DNA from: Alphaproteobacteria bacterium
Lineage (GTDB): Bacteria > Pseudomonadota > Alphaproteobacteria > CALKHQ01
Assembly (NCBI GenBank): GCA_965227515.1
Contig: CBDDFZ010000001.1
Coordinates: forward strand, 2,272,001 to 2,336,000
DNA: 64,000 nt
Reading direction: 5' to 3'
The notes under the pieces were generated by a model, which saw nothing but the letters and a program-made list of their open reading frames with translations, was not told the DNA's origin and did no database searches. Positions 9,321 through 17,824 of this stretch are shown piece by piece; positions within the stretch are counted from its first letter, which is position 1; every line of letters starts with the position of its first letter. The position numbers and the translations under genes were made by a program.

Positions 9321-9901
9321 GCGATAAATCCGATACCCGAACCCGAATTCTGGAGGCGGCCTGGAAACTGCTGGAGGCCAACACCGGTGGCGAGCGTATG
9401 GCCGACATCGCCAAGGCGGCCGGAATCAGCCGCCAGGCGCTCTACCTGCATTTTCCAAACCGGGCCGATCTGCTGATCGCGACGACCCGCTACATCGATG
9501 TGGTGAAGGACGTTGATGCCCGGCTGGCGCCCAGCCGCGCCGCGGCAACGGGTGCCGCGCGCCTGGATGCGTACATCGCGGCGTGGGGCAACTACATTCC
9601 CGAGATATTCGGGGTGGCCCGCGCGCTGATGGCGATGCAGGACACGGACGAGGAGGCCAGGCGCGCCTGGGCCGACCGCATGCAGGCGATGCGCCAGGGG
9701 TGCGCTGCGGCGGTGGCCGCCATCGCGCGGGACGGTCGGCTGACGCCAGGACTGGCCGAGGATCGCGCGACTGACCTGCTTTGGACGCTTCTATCGGTCA
9801 CCAACTGGGCGCAGCTCACCCGGGACTGCGGCTGGCCGCAGGAAGACTACATTGCTGAGATGACGTCACTGGCGCGCAGTGCGCTGTTGTCGGGCGGCTA
9901 A
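9314..9901 (+). CDS. TetR/AcrR-family transcriptional regulator
   Basis: TRTRILEAAWKLL...MADIAKAAGISRQALYLHFPNRADLL helix-turn-helix. Confidence 0.95.
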   Translation: MSSDKSDTRTRILEAAWKLLEANTGGERMADIAKAAGISRQALYLHFPNRADLLIATTRYIDVVKDVDARLAPSRAAATGAARLDAYIAAWGNYIPEIFGVARALMAMQDTDEEARRAWADRMQAMRQGCAAAVAAIARDGRLTPGLAEDRATDLLWTLLSVTNWAQLTRDCGWPQEDYIAEMTSLARSALLSGG

Positions 9902-11028
9902 GTTAGCGCCGCGCGCACCACGTTCCGCACCTCGCTGCGCACGTCGCCCTCGTTCGGTGGGTCGGCCAGGGTGTCGAACCAGTGGGCGGGCGGATTGCGG
10001 CCGGCGGCCCGCGCCCAGGTGAGCTGGCGCAGCACGTGCTCGGCGCGGTCCGGCAGTGCGTCGGGGATGTCGAGGTCGTTCAACACGGCCCAAACGCCCG
10101 TCCAGGCCCGCGCCACCGACCAGGGATTGTAGCCGCCGCCGCCCAGCACCAGCAGGCGCGGTGCCATGTGCTTCAGCGCGCGGACCGCCTCCCACAGCGC
10201 ATTGTTGGAGAGCGATAGCTTCGACATCGGGTCGTCGGCCAGGCCATCGGCACCGCACTGGATGACCAGTGCCTCGGGGTTCATGTCGCTGACCAGCGGC
10301 AGGATCGCCTCGTCGACGATGTAGCGCAGTTCGGTATCGTTGAATGCGGGCGGCACCGGCAGGTTGCGCACCTGCGTGCCCGCGCGCTCGTCGGCGTTGC
10401 CGGTGAACGGCCAGCGCCCGCCCTCGTGCACCGAGATCGTCAGCACCCGGTCGTCGCCGGCGAACGCCGCCTCTACGCCGTCGCCATGGTGGGCGTCGAC
10501 GTCGACATAGGCGATGCGGTCGAGCCCCTGGTCCAGCATGCCAAGGATCGCCAGCACCGGGTCGTTGAAGTAGCAGAAGCCGCTTGCCCGGTCGGCGCGG
10601 CCATGGTGGGTGCCGCCGGCGGGGCTGTGGATGACGCCGCCGTCGCGGAGCAGGCCCGCGGCCAGGATCGAGGCACCGGCGGCGGTCGCCGGCCTGCGGA
10701 ACATCTCGCCGAACACCGGGTTGTCGATCTTGCCGAGGTTGTAGCGCTCCTTCCGCTCGGGCGTGACCTGCTGGGTCTCCTCGGCCTCCTGCACCGCCGT
10801 GATGTAGGCGCGGTCGTGGAAGCGGGCGAGCTGATCGACGGTCGCCATCGGGCTGTCGATGTAGCGGTCGTCATCCAGCCAGCCGAGCGCGCGGCACAGG
10901 TCGATGGTGGTCGACACCCGCGGGATCGCCAGCGGATGGCGCTTGCCGTAGGACGACAGCCGGTAGATGTCGCTGCCGATCAAGCGCGGCGGATGGGACG
11001 GGGTCGGTGAGGGCGCGGGCGAGGTCAT
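9898..11028 (-). CDS. acuC: Acetoin utilization protein AcuC / class I histone deacetylase-like amidohydrolase
   Basis: HPLAIPR, GGTHHG, SGFCYFND, YVDVDAHHGDGV, GADGLADDP, GGGGYN. Confidence 0.9.
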   Translation of the reverse strand: MTSPAPSPTPSHPPRLIGSDIYRLSSYGKRHPLAIPRVSTTIDLCRALGWLDDDRYIDSPMATVDQLARFHDRAYITAVQEAEETQQVTPERKERYNLGKIDNPVFGEMFRRPATAAGASILAAGLLRDGGVIHSPAGGTHHGRADRASGFCYFNDPVLAILGMLDQGLDRIAYVDVDAHHGDGVEAAFAGDDRVLTISVHEGGRWPFTGNADERAGTQVRNLPVPPAFNDTELRYIVDEAILPLVSDMNPEALVIQCGADGLADDPMSKLSLSNNALWEAVRALKHMAPRLLVLGGGGYNPWSVARAWTGVWAVLNDLDIPDALPDRAEHVLRQLTWARAAGRNPPAHWFDTLADPPNEGDVRSEVRNVVRAALT

Positions 11029-11123
11029 TGGGCGGAGGTAGCAGGCCAGCCCGCGCTGTCAATCGTCAACGCCTCTTGCACCATCGCCTCTTGCCAAGTG
11101 CCGCATTCCGCCCCATCCTTGTC

Positions 11124-11218
11124 TCGACACCTGGGGGAGCCGCTTGGCGGCTGAGAGGTCCACACGGGACGACCCCTTGAACCTGATCCGGCTAGGACCG
11201 GCGTAGGGATGCGTGTGG
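11124..11218 (+). ncRNA. TPP (thi-box) riboswitch
   Basis: GGGGAGC..GGCTGAGAG..ACCCCTTGAACCTGATCCGG..ACCGGCGTAGGGA conserved TPP core, directly upstream of a thiamine-precursor ABC operon. Boundaries are approximate. Confidence 0.93.
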
Positions 11219-11220
11219 CC

Positions 11221-12054
11221 ATGAACCACCAGAAAACCCGCGATGATTTGGCGCCGTCACCCGAGGTGATCTTGCGCGACGCCCCAGACGTGACCTTGCG
11301 CGGCGCCCCTGACGTGATCGTGCGTGGCGCAAGCGTCCGCTATGCCGGCGCTCCGCTGTTCGAGAATCTCGACATCACCCTGCAAGGCGGCCAGTGGACG
11401 TGCCTGCTTGGCCCCAGCGGCGTCGGCAAGTCGAGCCTGCTGCGGCTGATTGCGGGGCTGATCCCGCCATCGCCGGGCACGCGGATCGAGGCCGGCGGCC
11501 AGCCGCTGCCCGGGCGCGTGGCCTGGATGGCGCAGCAGGACCTGCTGCTGCCCTGGTGCGACGCCATCGGCAATCTCACGTTAGGCGCGCGGCTGCGCGG
11601 CGAGCGGGCCGACCGCGCCAAGGCAGAGGCGATGCTGGAGGCGGTGGGCATGTCGCATCGGCGCGATGCCCTGCCTGCCGCGCTGTCCGGCGGCGAGCGT
11701 CAGCGGCTGGCCTTGGCGCGCACGCTGATGGAAGACCGCCCGGTGGTGCTGATGGACGAACCGTTCTCCGCGCTCGATGCCATCACCCGCATGGAGATGC
11801 AGGACCTGGCCGTGCGCCTGCTGGCCGGACGCACCGTCATGCTGATCACCCACGATCCCCTGGAGGCGCTCAGGGTGGGCGACACCGTGTACGTGCTGGC
11901 GGGTCACCCGGCGGTGCTGCAGCCGCCGCTCCGTCCCGTCGGACCCGCCCCGCGCGATGTGCAGGACCCCGACCTCCTTGCCTTGCAGGGGCGGTTGCTG
12001 GCGCAGCTTGCCGGCATCGACAGTCACGCCGCACTGCCGGAGGCGGCGGAATGA
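11221..12054 (+). CDS. ABC transporter ATP-binding protein (ThiZ-like, HMP/thiamine precursor uptake)
   Basis: Walker A GPSGVGKS, signature LSGGERQR, Walker B VLMDEPFSALD, H-loop LITHD; lies under the TPP riboswitch. ATG 11209 falls inside the riboswitch, so ATG 11221 is preferred. Confidence 0.9.
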   Translation: MNHQKTRDDLAPSPEVILRDAPDVTLRGAPDVIVRGASVRYAGAPLFENLDITLQGGQWTCLLGPSGVGKSSLLRLIAGLIPPSPGTRIEAGGQPLPGRVAWMAQQDLLLPWCDAIGNLTLGARLRGERADRAKAEAMLEAVGMSHRRDALPAALSGGERQRLALARTLMEDRPVVLMDEPFSALDAITRMEMQDLAVRLLAGRTVMLITHDPLEALRVGDTVYVLAGHPAVLQPPLRPVGPAPRDVQDPDLLALQGRLLAQLAGIDSHAALPEAAE

Positions 12055-12818
12055 GCGTGCTGCGCCCCCTGATTGTCGCGGCGGGCATCGTCGCGATGTG
12101 GGCGCTGATCGTCGTTGCCACCGACCAGAAGCCCTTCATCCTGCCGGCGCCATGGCTGGTGGCGGAGACGATCTGGGCCCGTGCCGCCACGCTGGCCGAC
12201 AACGCCTGGGTCACCGGGGTGGAGATCGTGGCCGGGCTTGCCTGCGGGGCCGTACTGGGCGCGGTCAGCGCCCTGATCATCGGCCTGTTCGCGCCGGCGC
12301 GGCGGTGGCTGCTGCCGGTGCTGGTGGTCAGCCAGGCGGTACCGGTGTTCGCGCTGGCGCCGATCCTGACCCTGTGGCTCGGCTACGGCATGCTTTCCAA
12401 GATCGCGATGGCCACCCTGATCATCTATTTCCCGGTCACCGCCGCCTTCTATGACGGCCTGCGCCGCACCGATCCGCAATGGCTGGCGATGGCGCGGGTG
12501 ATGGGCGGCAACCGCTGGCGCACCCTGCGCCACATCTCCATGCCGTCGGCGCTGCCGGCTTGCGCTTCCGGCCTGCGGGTCGCAACCGCGGTGGCGCCGA
12601 TCGGGGCCATCGTCGGCGAATGGGTCGGCGCGTCGTCCGGCCTCGGCCATCTGATGCTGCACGCAAACGGGCGCGGCCAGACCGATCTGGTCTTCGCCGC
12701 CCTGGTGGTGCTCGCGGTGATGTCGGTCGCGCTCTACTTCGCGATGGATCACCTGTTGCGCCGCGCGGTGGCGTGGCAGCCGGACAGGATCGGCCAGCCG
12801 GCGGCGGACGCTGCCTGA
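12051..12818 (+). CDS. ABC transporter permease (ThiX-like, NitT/TauT family)
   Basis: Starts at an ATGA overlap at 12051 (MSVLRPLIV...). Contains FILPAP, SQAVPVFALAP and IGAIVGEWVGASSGLG. Confidence 0.9.
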   Translation: MSVLRPLIVAAGIVAMWALIVVATDQKPFILPAPWLVAETIWARAATLADNAWVTGVEIVAGLACGAVLGAVSALIIGLFAPARRWLLPVLVVSQAVPVFALAPILTLWLGYGMLSKIAMATLIIYFPVTAAFYDGLRRTDPQWLAMARVMGGNRWRTLRHISMPSALPACASGLRVATAVAPIGAIVGEWVGASSGLGHLMLHANGRGQTDLVFAALVVLAVMSVALYFAMDHLLRRAVAWQPDRIGQPAADAA

Positions 12819-12842
12819 ATTTCACGTGAGAGAGGACTTCGC

Positions 12843-13802
12843 ATGACACCGTTTGCGCGCGCAGCTTGTGCCGCCGGAACCCTGATTCTGGCAACCGCCG
12901 GGCCGGCGGTCGCCCAGGACGAGATGCCCCTGGACGACATGACCGTGCTGCTGGACTGGTTCGTCAATCCCGACCACGCCGCACTGGTGGTGGCCCAGGA
13001 AGCCGGCATGTTCGAGGCGCAGGGCCTGGAGGTCGAGCTGATCGAGCCGGCCGACCCCAACGATCCGCCCAAGCTGGTGGCCGCCGGTGGGGCCGACCTG
13101 GCGGTGTCCTATCAGCCGCAGCTTCACCTGCTGGTCGATGCCGGCCTGCCGCTGGTGCGCGTCGGCACCCTGGTCGCCACGCCGCTGAACACGCTGGTGG
13201 TGCTGGCGGACTCCGATATCCAGAGCATCGCCGACCTTGAGGGCAAGCGCGTCGGCTATTCGGTCGGTGGCCTGGAGGACGCCCTGCTCGGCGCCATGCT
13301 GGCGGAGCACGGGCTGGGCCTGGACGACATCACCCTCATCAACGTCAACTTCTCGCTGTCGCCGTCCTTGATGGCCGGCGAGACCGACGCGGTGATCGGC
13401 GCCTTCCGCAATTTCGAGCTCAACCAGATGGACATCATGGGCGAGCCGGGCCGCGCGTTCTACGTCGAGGAGGAGGGGGTTCCGCCGTACGACGAGCTTA
13501 TCGTCGTGACCCGCCCGGAACTGGTTGTCGACGACCGCATCGTGCGGTTCATGGACGCGGTGGAGGCCGCCACCCAGTACCTGATCAACCACCCGGACGC
13601 GGCGTGGGAGATGTTCATCGCCGCCTATCCGGACCTTGAAGACGAATTGAATCGGCGCGCCTGGGCCGACACGCTGCCGCGCCTTGCGCTGCGCCCGGCG
13701 GCATTGGACGAACGCCGCTACCAACGCTTCGCCGCGTTCCTGCAGGACCTGGCGCTGATCGGCGCGCCGCCCGAGATTGGGACTTACGCCGTCGCCCCGT
13801 GA
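12843..13802 (+). CDS. ABC substrate-binding protein, ThiY/NMT1/THI5 family
   Basis: Signal peptide; LLDWFVNPDHA, AVSYQPQL, GAFRNFEL and YDELI motifs typical of ThiY. Confidence 0.9.
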   Translation: MTPFARAACAAGTLILATAGPAVAQDEMPLDDMTVLLDWFVNPDHAALVVAQEAGMFEAQGLEVELIEPADPNDPPKLVAAGGADLAVSYQPQLHLLVDAGLPLVRVGTLVATPLNTLVVLADSDIQSIADLEGKRVGYSVGGLEDALLGAMLAEHGLGLDDITLINVNFSLSPSLMAGETDAVIGAFRNFELNQMDIMGEPGRAFYVEEEGVPPYDELIVVTRPELVVDDRIVRFMDAVEAATQYLINHPDAAWEMFIAAYPDLEDELNRRAWADTLPRLALRPAALDERRYQRFAAFLQDLALIGAPPEIGTYAVAP

Positions 13803-13935
13803 CGTCCACACCGCCCGTGACATCCAGACCGCTTGACCGCCTCGCCGGAAACCCTTGTATTGGGCCAACAGGGGCCGGCCTGGCCGGGTTTGGCCGGTTC
13901 CGGCAAGAACGGCTGTGGTGGAAGAGCGAGACGAT

Positions 13936-14763
13936 ATGGCGATCAAGACGATCCTGGTTCATCTGGCGAACGACGAGGGCCACCGCGCGCGGCTGGACAT
14001 GGGCCGGATGCTGTCGCGGCGCTTCGGCGCCCACCTGATACTGCTGTACGTCACGCTGCCGGCGAGCCTGCCGGCGGGGGCACACGGCCGTGGTGCGTCG
14101 ATGGCCTTCATCCATGGCGCGCAGCGGCATGCCGAAGAGCGGGCCGCCGAGATCCAGGAAGAGATGGAACAGACCCATATCGGGCCGGAAGTCTCGTGGG
14201 AGTTTCGCATCGACAATGGCGACACCGACGACCTGCTGATCGAGTATTCCTATTTCTGCGATCTTGCCATCGTTGGCCATCCACGCAGCCGCGACAGCGA
14301 CGACTTCCTGCTCGGCCACCGGACCGACGACCTGTTGATCAGGCCGCCTTGCCCCGTGATCGTGGTTCCCGACGGCAAGAAGGTGCCGGATCTGACCGGC
14401 AACATCCTGGTGGCGTGGAAGGCAAGCCATCAGTCGGCACGCGCGCTGCGCGGCGCGCTGCCGTTCCTGATCGAGGCGCCCAAGGTCTATGTGCTGGCCA
14501 GCCGCCGCAAGGGCGGCCTGGAAACACCGGGCCTGATCATCTGCGATTACCTGGCCCGCCACGGCTGCAATATCGAGCTGTTGCCGGAGGACAAAGACCA
14601 CGGCGAACCGGGCGAGCGCATCCTTGGCCATGCACGCGACCTGGACTGTTCGATGATCGTGATGGGCGCCTACAGCCATTCGAAGCTGCGCAACTTCGTG
14701 TTCGGCGGTACGACCGGCTATCTGCTCGACCATCAGGACCGTCCGATCCTGTTCGACCACTGA
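13936..14763 (+). CDS. Universal stress protein (tandem USP domains)
   Basis: MAIKTILVHL..., CDLAIVG, PCPVIVVP, ILVAWKASHQSARAL, MIVMGAYSHSKLRNFVFGGTT. Confidence 0.9.
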   Translation: MAIKTILVHLANDEGHRARLDMGRMLSRRFGAHLILLYVTLPASLPAGAHGRGASMAFIHGAQRHAEERAAEIQEEMEQTHIGPEVSWEFRIDNGDTDDLLIEYSYFCDLAIVGHPRSRDSDDFLLGHRTDDLLIRPPCPVIVVPDGKKVPDLTGNILVAWKASHQSARALRGALPFLIEAPKVYVLASRRKGGLETPGLIICDYLARHGCNIELLPEDKDHGEPGERILGHARDLDCSMIVMGAYSHSKLRNFVFGGTTGYLLDHQDRPILFDH

Positions 14764-14809
14764 GTCGGAAACGTTGGATCCTGGCACGCTTGACAGTCGC
14801 CCTCTCCAT

Positions 14810-14913
14810 CGTCATTGCGAGGAGCGGAGCGACGCGGCAATCCAGAGCAATCACGGGAACGCTTTGACAAACGACTGGATCGCCGCGCCGGCTGACGCCG
14901 GCTCGCGATGACG
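14810..14913. repeat. REP/RPE-like palindromic element (CGTCATTGCGAG...CTCGCGATGACG)
   Basis: Terminal inverted repeats plus internal gcggcaatccag / ctggatcgccgc pairing; intergenic. Confidence 0.8.
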
Positions 14914-14935
14914 ACGAAATTGGGCTGGGGGAAAT

Positions 14936-17014
14936 ATGCGTACAAGATATCGGCTGGGTGTGGATGCCGGCGGCACGTTCACGGACTTTGTCCTGGCCGA
15001 CCAGGACGGCGGCGTTCGTCTGTTCAAGACACCGTCGACACCGGAGAATCCGACCCGCGCGATCCGCGAGGGCCTGAACCTCATCTCCGCCGATGTCGGC
15101 GAGAGCCCGGCCGCCATCGTTTCCCAGTGCGACCTGTGCATCAACGGCACCACGGTGGGGCTGAATGCGCTGATCCAGCACAAGGGCGCCAAGGTCGGCC
15201 TGATCTGCACCAAGGGCCATGAGGACTCCATCGAGATCCGGCTGGGGCATAAGGAGGACGGTCACCGCTACGACGCCGACTATCCGCCGGCCAAGATGCT
15301 GGTGCCGCGCTACCTCAGATGCGGTGTCGACGAGCGCGTGCTGTCCACCGGCGAGGTGCGCACGCCGCTGAACGAGGACGATGTGCGCGCCGCCTGTGCG
15401 CTGTTCCGCAAGGAGGGCATCGAGGCGGTGGCGATCTCGTTCGTGTGGTCGGTGCTGAACGGCGACCACGAGGCACGCGCGGCCGAGATCGTGCGCGAGG
15501 AGATGCCGGACACATTCCTGGCTGTCGGCTCGGAGATCTACCCGCAGGTGCGTGAGTACACCCGCACGTCGACCACCATCACCAACGCCTATCTCGGCCC
15601 GATCATGAAGGGCTATGTCGACAGCATCGACGCCTTCTTCGCCGATTTGGGCGCGCAGTATCCGGTGCGCTATTTCCAGTCGAATGGCGGGCTGGCCATC
15701 GGCGAGGCGATGAGCGACCGCTCGGTCTACGCCATCAACTCCGGCCCGGCCTCCGCACCCACCGCCGGCCTGCACGTGGCCGCGCCCTTCGACATCGACA
15801 ACGTCATCACCGTCGACATGGGCGGCACCTCGTTCGACATCACCCTGGTGCGCGACGGCAGCGCCAACATCAACAAGAACATCGACTTCCTGCGCTACCG
15901 CATCGGCGTGCCGATGATCCAGGTCGAGACCCTGGGCGCGGGCGGCGGCTCCATCGGCTGGATCGACGATCTGGGCCTGCTGCAGGTGGGGCCGCAGAGC
16001 GCCGGCGCCGATCCGGGCCCGGCCTGTTACGACCAGGGCGGCACCGAGCCGACGGTGACCGACGCCAACATGGTGCTGGGCTACCTGGACCCGGTCGCAA
16101 TGCTGGGCGGCCGCATGGCGCTGGATGCCGCCAAGGCGCGCGAGGCGATCAAGACCAAAATCGCCGATCCGCTGGGCATCTCCGTCGAGCGCGCCGCCTA
16201 TGGCGTGTTCACCATCGTCAACAACAACATGGTCAACGGCATCCGCCGGGTGTCGGTGGAGCGTGGCTACGACCCGCGCGACTTCGTGCTGATTGCCGCC
16301 GGCGGCGCCGGTGCCGCCCACGTTACCGCGCTGGCGCGGGAGATCGGCAGCAAGACGGTGCTGGTGCCGAAGCTTGCCTCGGGCCTGTGCGCGTTCGGCC
16401 AGATCATCTCCGACGTCAAGTACAACTACATGGCGACCAGCCCGCTCCGGATGGAGAACGAGGCGGCCGCCGCCAAGCTCGACGAGCTCTACAACAGCAT
16501 CGAGGCGCAGGGCATCGAGCACCTGGAGGCGGACGGCTTTACCCGCGACCAGATCGATATCAAGCGCAGCCTCGACATGCGCTATGTCGGCCAGGTGCAC
16601 GAGTGCACCGTCGATATCGATATGTTCGAGGTGACGCCCGACAAGCTGGCCGACATCAAGGATGCGTTCCACAAGCGCCATGCTCAGCTCTACACCTATT
16701 CCGAGCCGCAGACGCCGGTGGAAGTGGTCAACATCGAAAGCACGCTATTCGGACGGGTGGAGCGGCCGAAGCCGGTGGCGCTGGCCGCGGGCAGCGAGGT
16801 GGCGGAGGCTGTGAAGGGCACCCGGCCGATGATCTTCTCGGCCGACGGCACCTCGACCGAGAGCCCGGTCTACGACGGCGCCAAGCTCGGCGCGGGTGCG
16901 GTGGTGCAGGGCCCCGCGGTGATCGAGGAAGAGACCACGACCATCGTTGTCGAGCCCGGCTGGACCGCGGAACTGCACGACAGCGCGAGCTATCTGCTGC
17001 GCCGGACGGATTGA
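14936..17014 (+). CDS. Hydantoinase/oxoprolinase family subunit A (ATP-dependent lactamase alpha subunit, CapA-like)
   Basis: LGVDAGGTFTD, NGTTVGLNAL, REYTRTSTT, QSNGG, SGPAS, DMGGTSFD, GAGGGSI, SAGADPGPACY, DMRYVGQ. Confidence 0.92.
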   Translation: MRTRYRLGVDAGGTFTDFVLADQDGGVRLFKTPSTPENPTRAIREGLNLISADVGESPAAIVSQCDLCINGTTVGLNALIQHKGAKVGLICTKGHEDSIEIRLGHKEDGHRYDADYPPAKMLVPRYLRCGVDERVLSTGEVRTPLNEDDVRAACALFRKEGIEAVAISFVWSVLNGDHEARAAEIVREEMPDTFLAVGSEIYPQVREYTRTSTTITNAYLGPIMKGYVDSIDAFFADLGAQYPVRYFQSNGGLAIGEAMSDRSVYAINSGPASAPTAGLHVAAPFDIDNVITVDMGGTSFDITLVRDGSANINKNIDFLRYRIGVPMIQVETLGAGGGSIGWIDDLGLLQVGPQSAGADPGPACYDQGGTEPTVTDANMVLGYLDPVAMLGGRMALDAAKAREAIKTKIADPLGISVERAAYGVFTIVNNNMVNGIRRVSVERGYDPRDFVLIAAGGAGAAHVTALAREIGSKTVLVPKLASGLCAFGQIISDVKYNYMATSPLRMENEAAAAKLDELYNSIEAQGIEHLEADGFTRDQIDIKRSLDMRYVGQVHECTVDIDMFEVTPDKLADIKDAFHKRHAQLYTYSEPQTPVEVVNIESTLFGRVERPKPVALAAGSEVAEAVKGTRPMIFSADGTSTESPVYDGAKLGAGAVVQGPAVIEEETTTIVVEPGWTAELHDSASYLLRRTD

Positions 17015-17028
17015 CCATTTCGCCTTGT

Positions 17029-17119
17029 CGTCATGCTCGGGCTTGACCCGAGCATCCACGGGATGGCCGCATAAGCGGCCAATAAGACGTGGATGCCCGC
17101 AACAAGTGCGGGCATGACG
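17029..17119. repeat. CGTC-family REP doublet
   Basis: cgtcatgctcgggcttgacccgagcatccacg ... cgtggatgcccgcaacaagtgcgggcatgacg inverted pair. Confidence 0.85.
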
Positions 17120-17146
17120 GAGTGTGGTTAGCGGAGGAGCAACTCG

Positions 17147-17449
17147 ATGACCGCGATAGAAGCCGAAGCCAGTTTGCAGCACGACAACGACCTGGTGCGG
17201 GTGACGCAGTACACGTTCCCCCCGGGGTCGGAGACCGGACACCACGTGCACGAGTACGCGTATGTCGTGGTGCCCACCGTCGGCGGCACGCTGACCATGG
17301 TCAACGAGGATGGATCGACCAACCAGGCCGAGTTGCAGGCAGGCGTGTCCTACCAGCGCCCGGCCGGGGTATCGCACAACGTCCTGAACAAGTCCGACGC
17401 GACGGTCGTCTTCGTCGAGGTCGAGCTGAAGGACCATCCTTTGGCATAG
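17147..17449 (+). CDS. Cupin-domain protein (BauB-like)
   Basis: VRVTQYTFPPGSETGHHVHEYAYVVVP...PAGVSHNV..FVEVELK cupin motifs; GGAGG RBS. Confidence 0.85.
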   Translation: MTAIEAEASLQHDNDLVRVTQYTFPPGSETGHHVHEYAYVVVPTVGGTLTMVNEDGSTNQAELQAGVSYQRPAGVSHNVLNKSDATVVFVEVELKDHPLA

Positions 17450-17472
17450 AGCCGCCTACCTGCACACCTATG

Positions 17473-17558
17473 CGTAGCCTGGATGGAGTGAAACGAGATC
17501 CAGGAATCGGCGTGGGCGGTGGCTATCCCCGGGTTGCGCTTCGCTGCACCCGGGCTAC
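17473..17558. repeat. GTAG-family REP doublet
   Basis: cgtagcctggatggagtgaaacgagatccagg ... cccgggttgcgcttcgctgcacccgggctac. Confidence 0.75.
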
Positions 17559-17640
17559 CGCTCCTGGGTGGCCGGGTGCGGGCCGGGGCAGATCGACTCA
17601 AGAAAGCTTTAGGGTTTCCCACTGCTCACCGACACACCAT

Positions 17641-17817
17641 CGTCATCCTCGGGCTTGTCCCGAGGATCCATTTATGTCCGATATGTCAATGAGTTATAAG
17701 ATTCGCACCAGTCGGTGGCGGGCGGTAGACCAGACTTGAGCCGCAGGCATCTGGCACAGTCGGTCTAAGGTGAGACCTTGCCCATGAATGGGTCCTCGCC
17801 ACAAGGGCGAGGACGAC
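17641..17817. repeat. 177-bp REP-bounded MITE-like element, copy A
   Basis: Ends are cgtcatcctcgggcttgtcccgaggatcca and tgggtcctcgccacaagggcgaggacgac. An inverted homolog lies at 50886-51062. Confidence 0.85.
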
Positions 17818-17824
17818 ATGGTGG

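Noticed and set aside
11394-12818. 474-aa extended permease ORF
   Set aside because: The N-terminal part overlaps the ATPase gene in another frame; the true start is the ATGA overlap at 12051.
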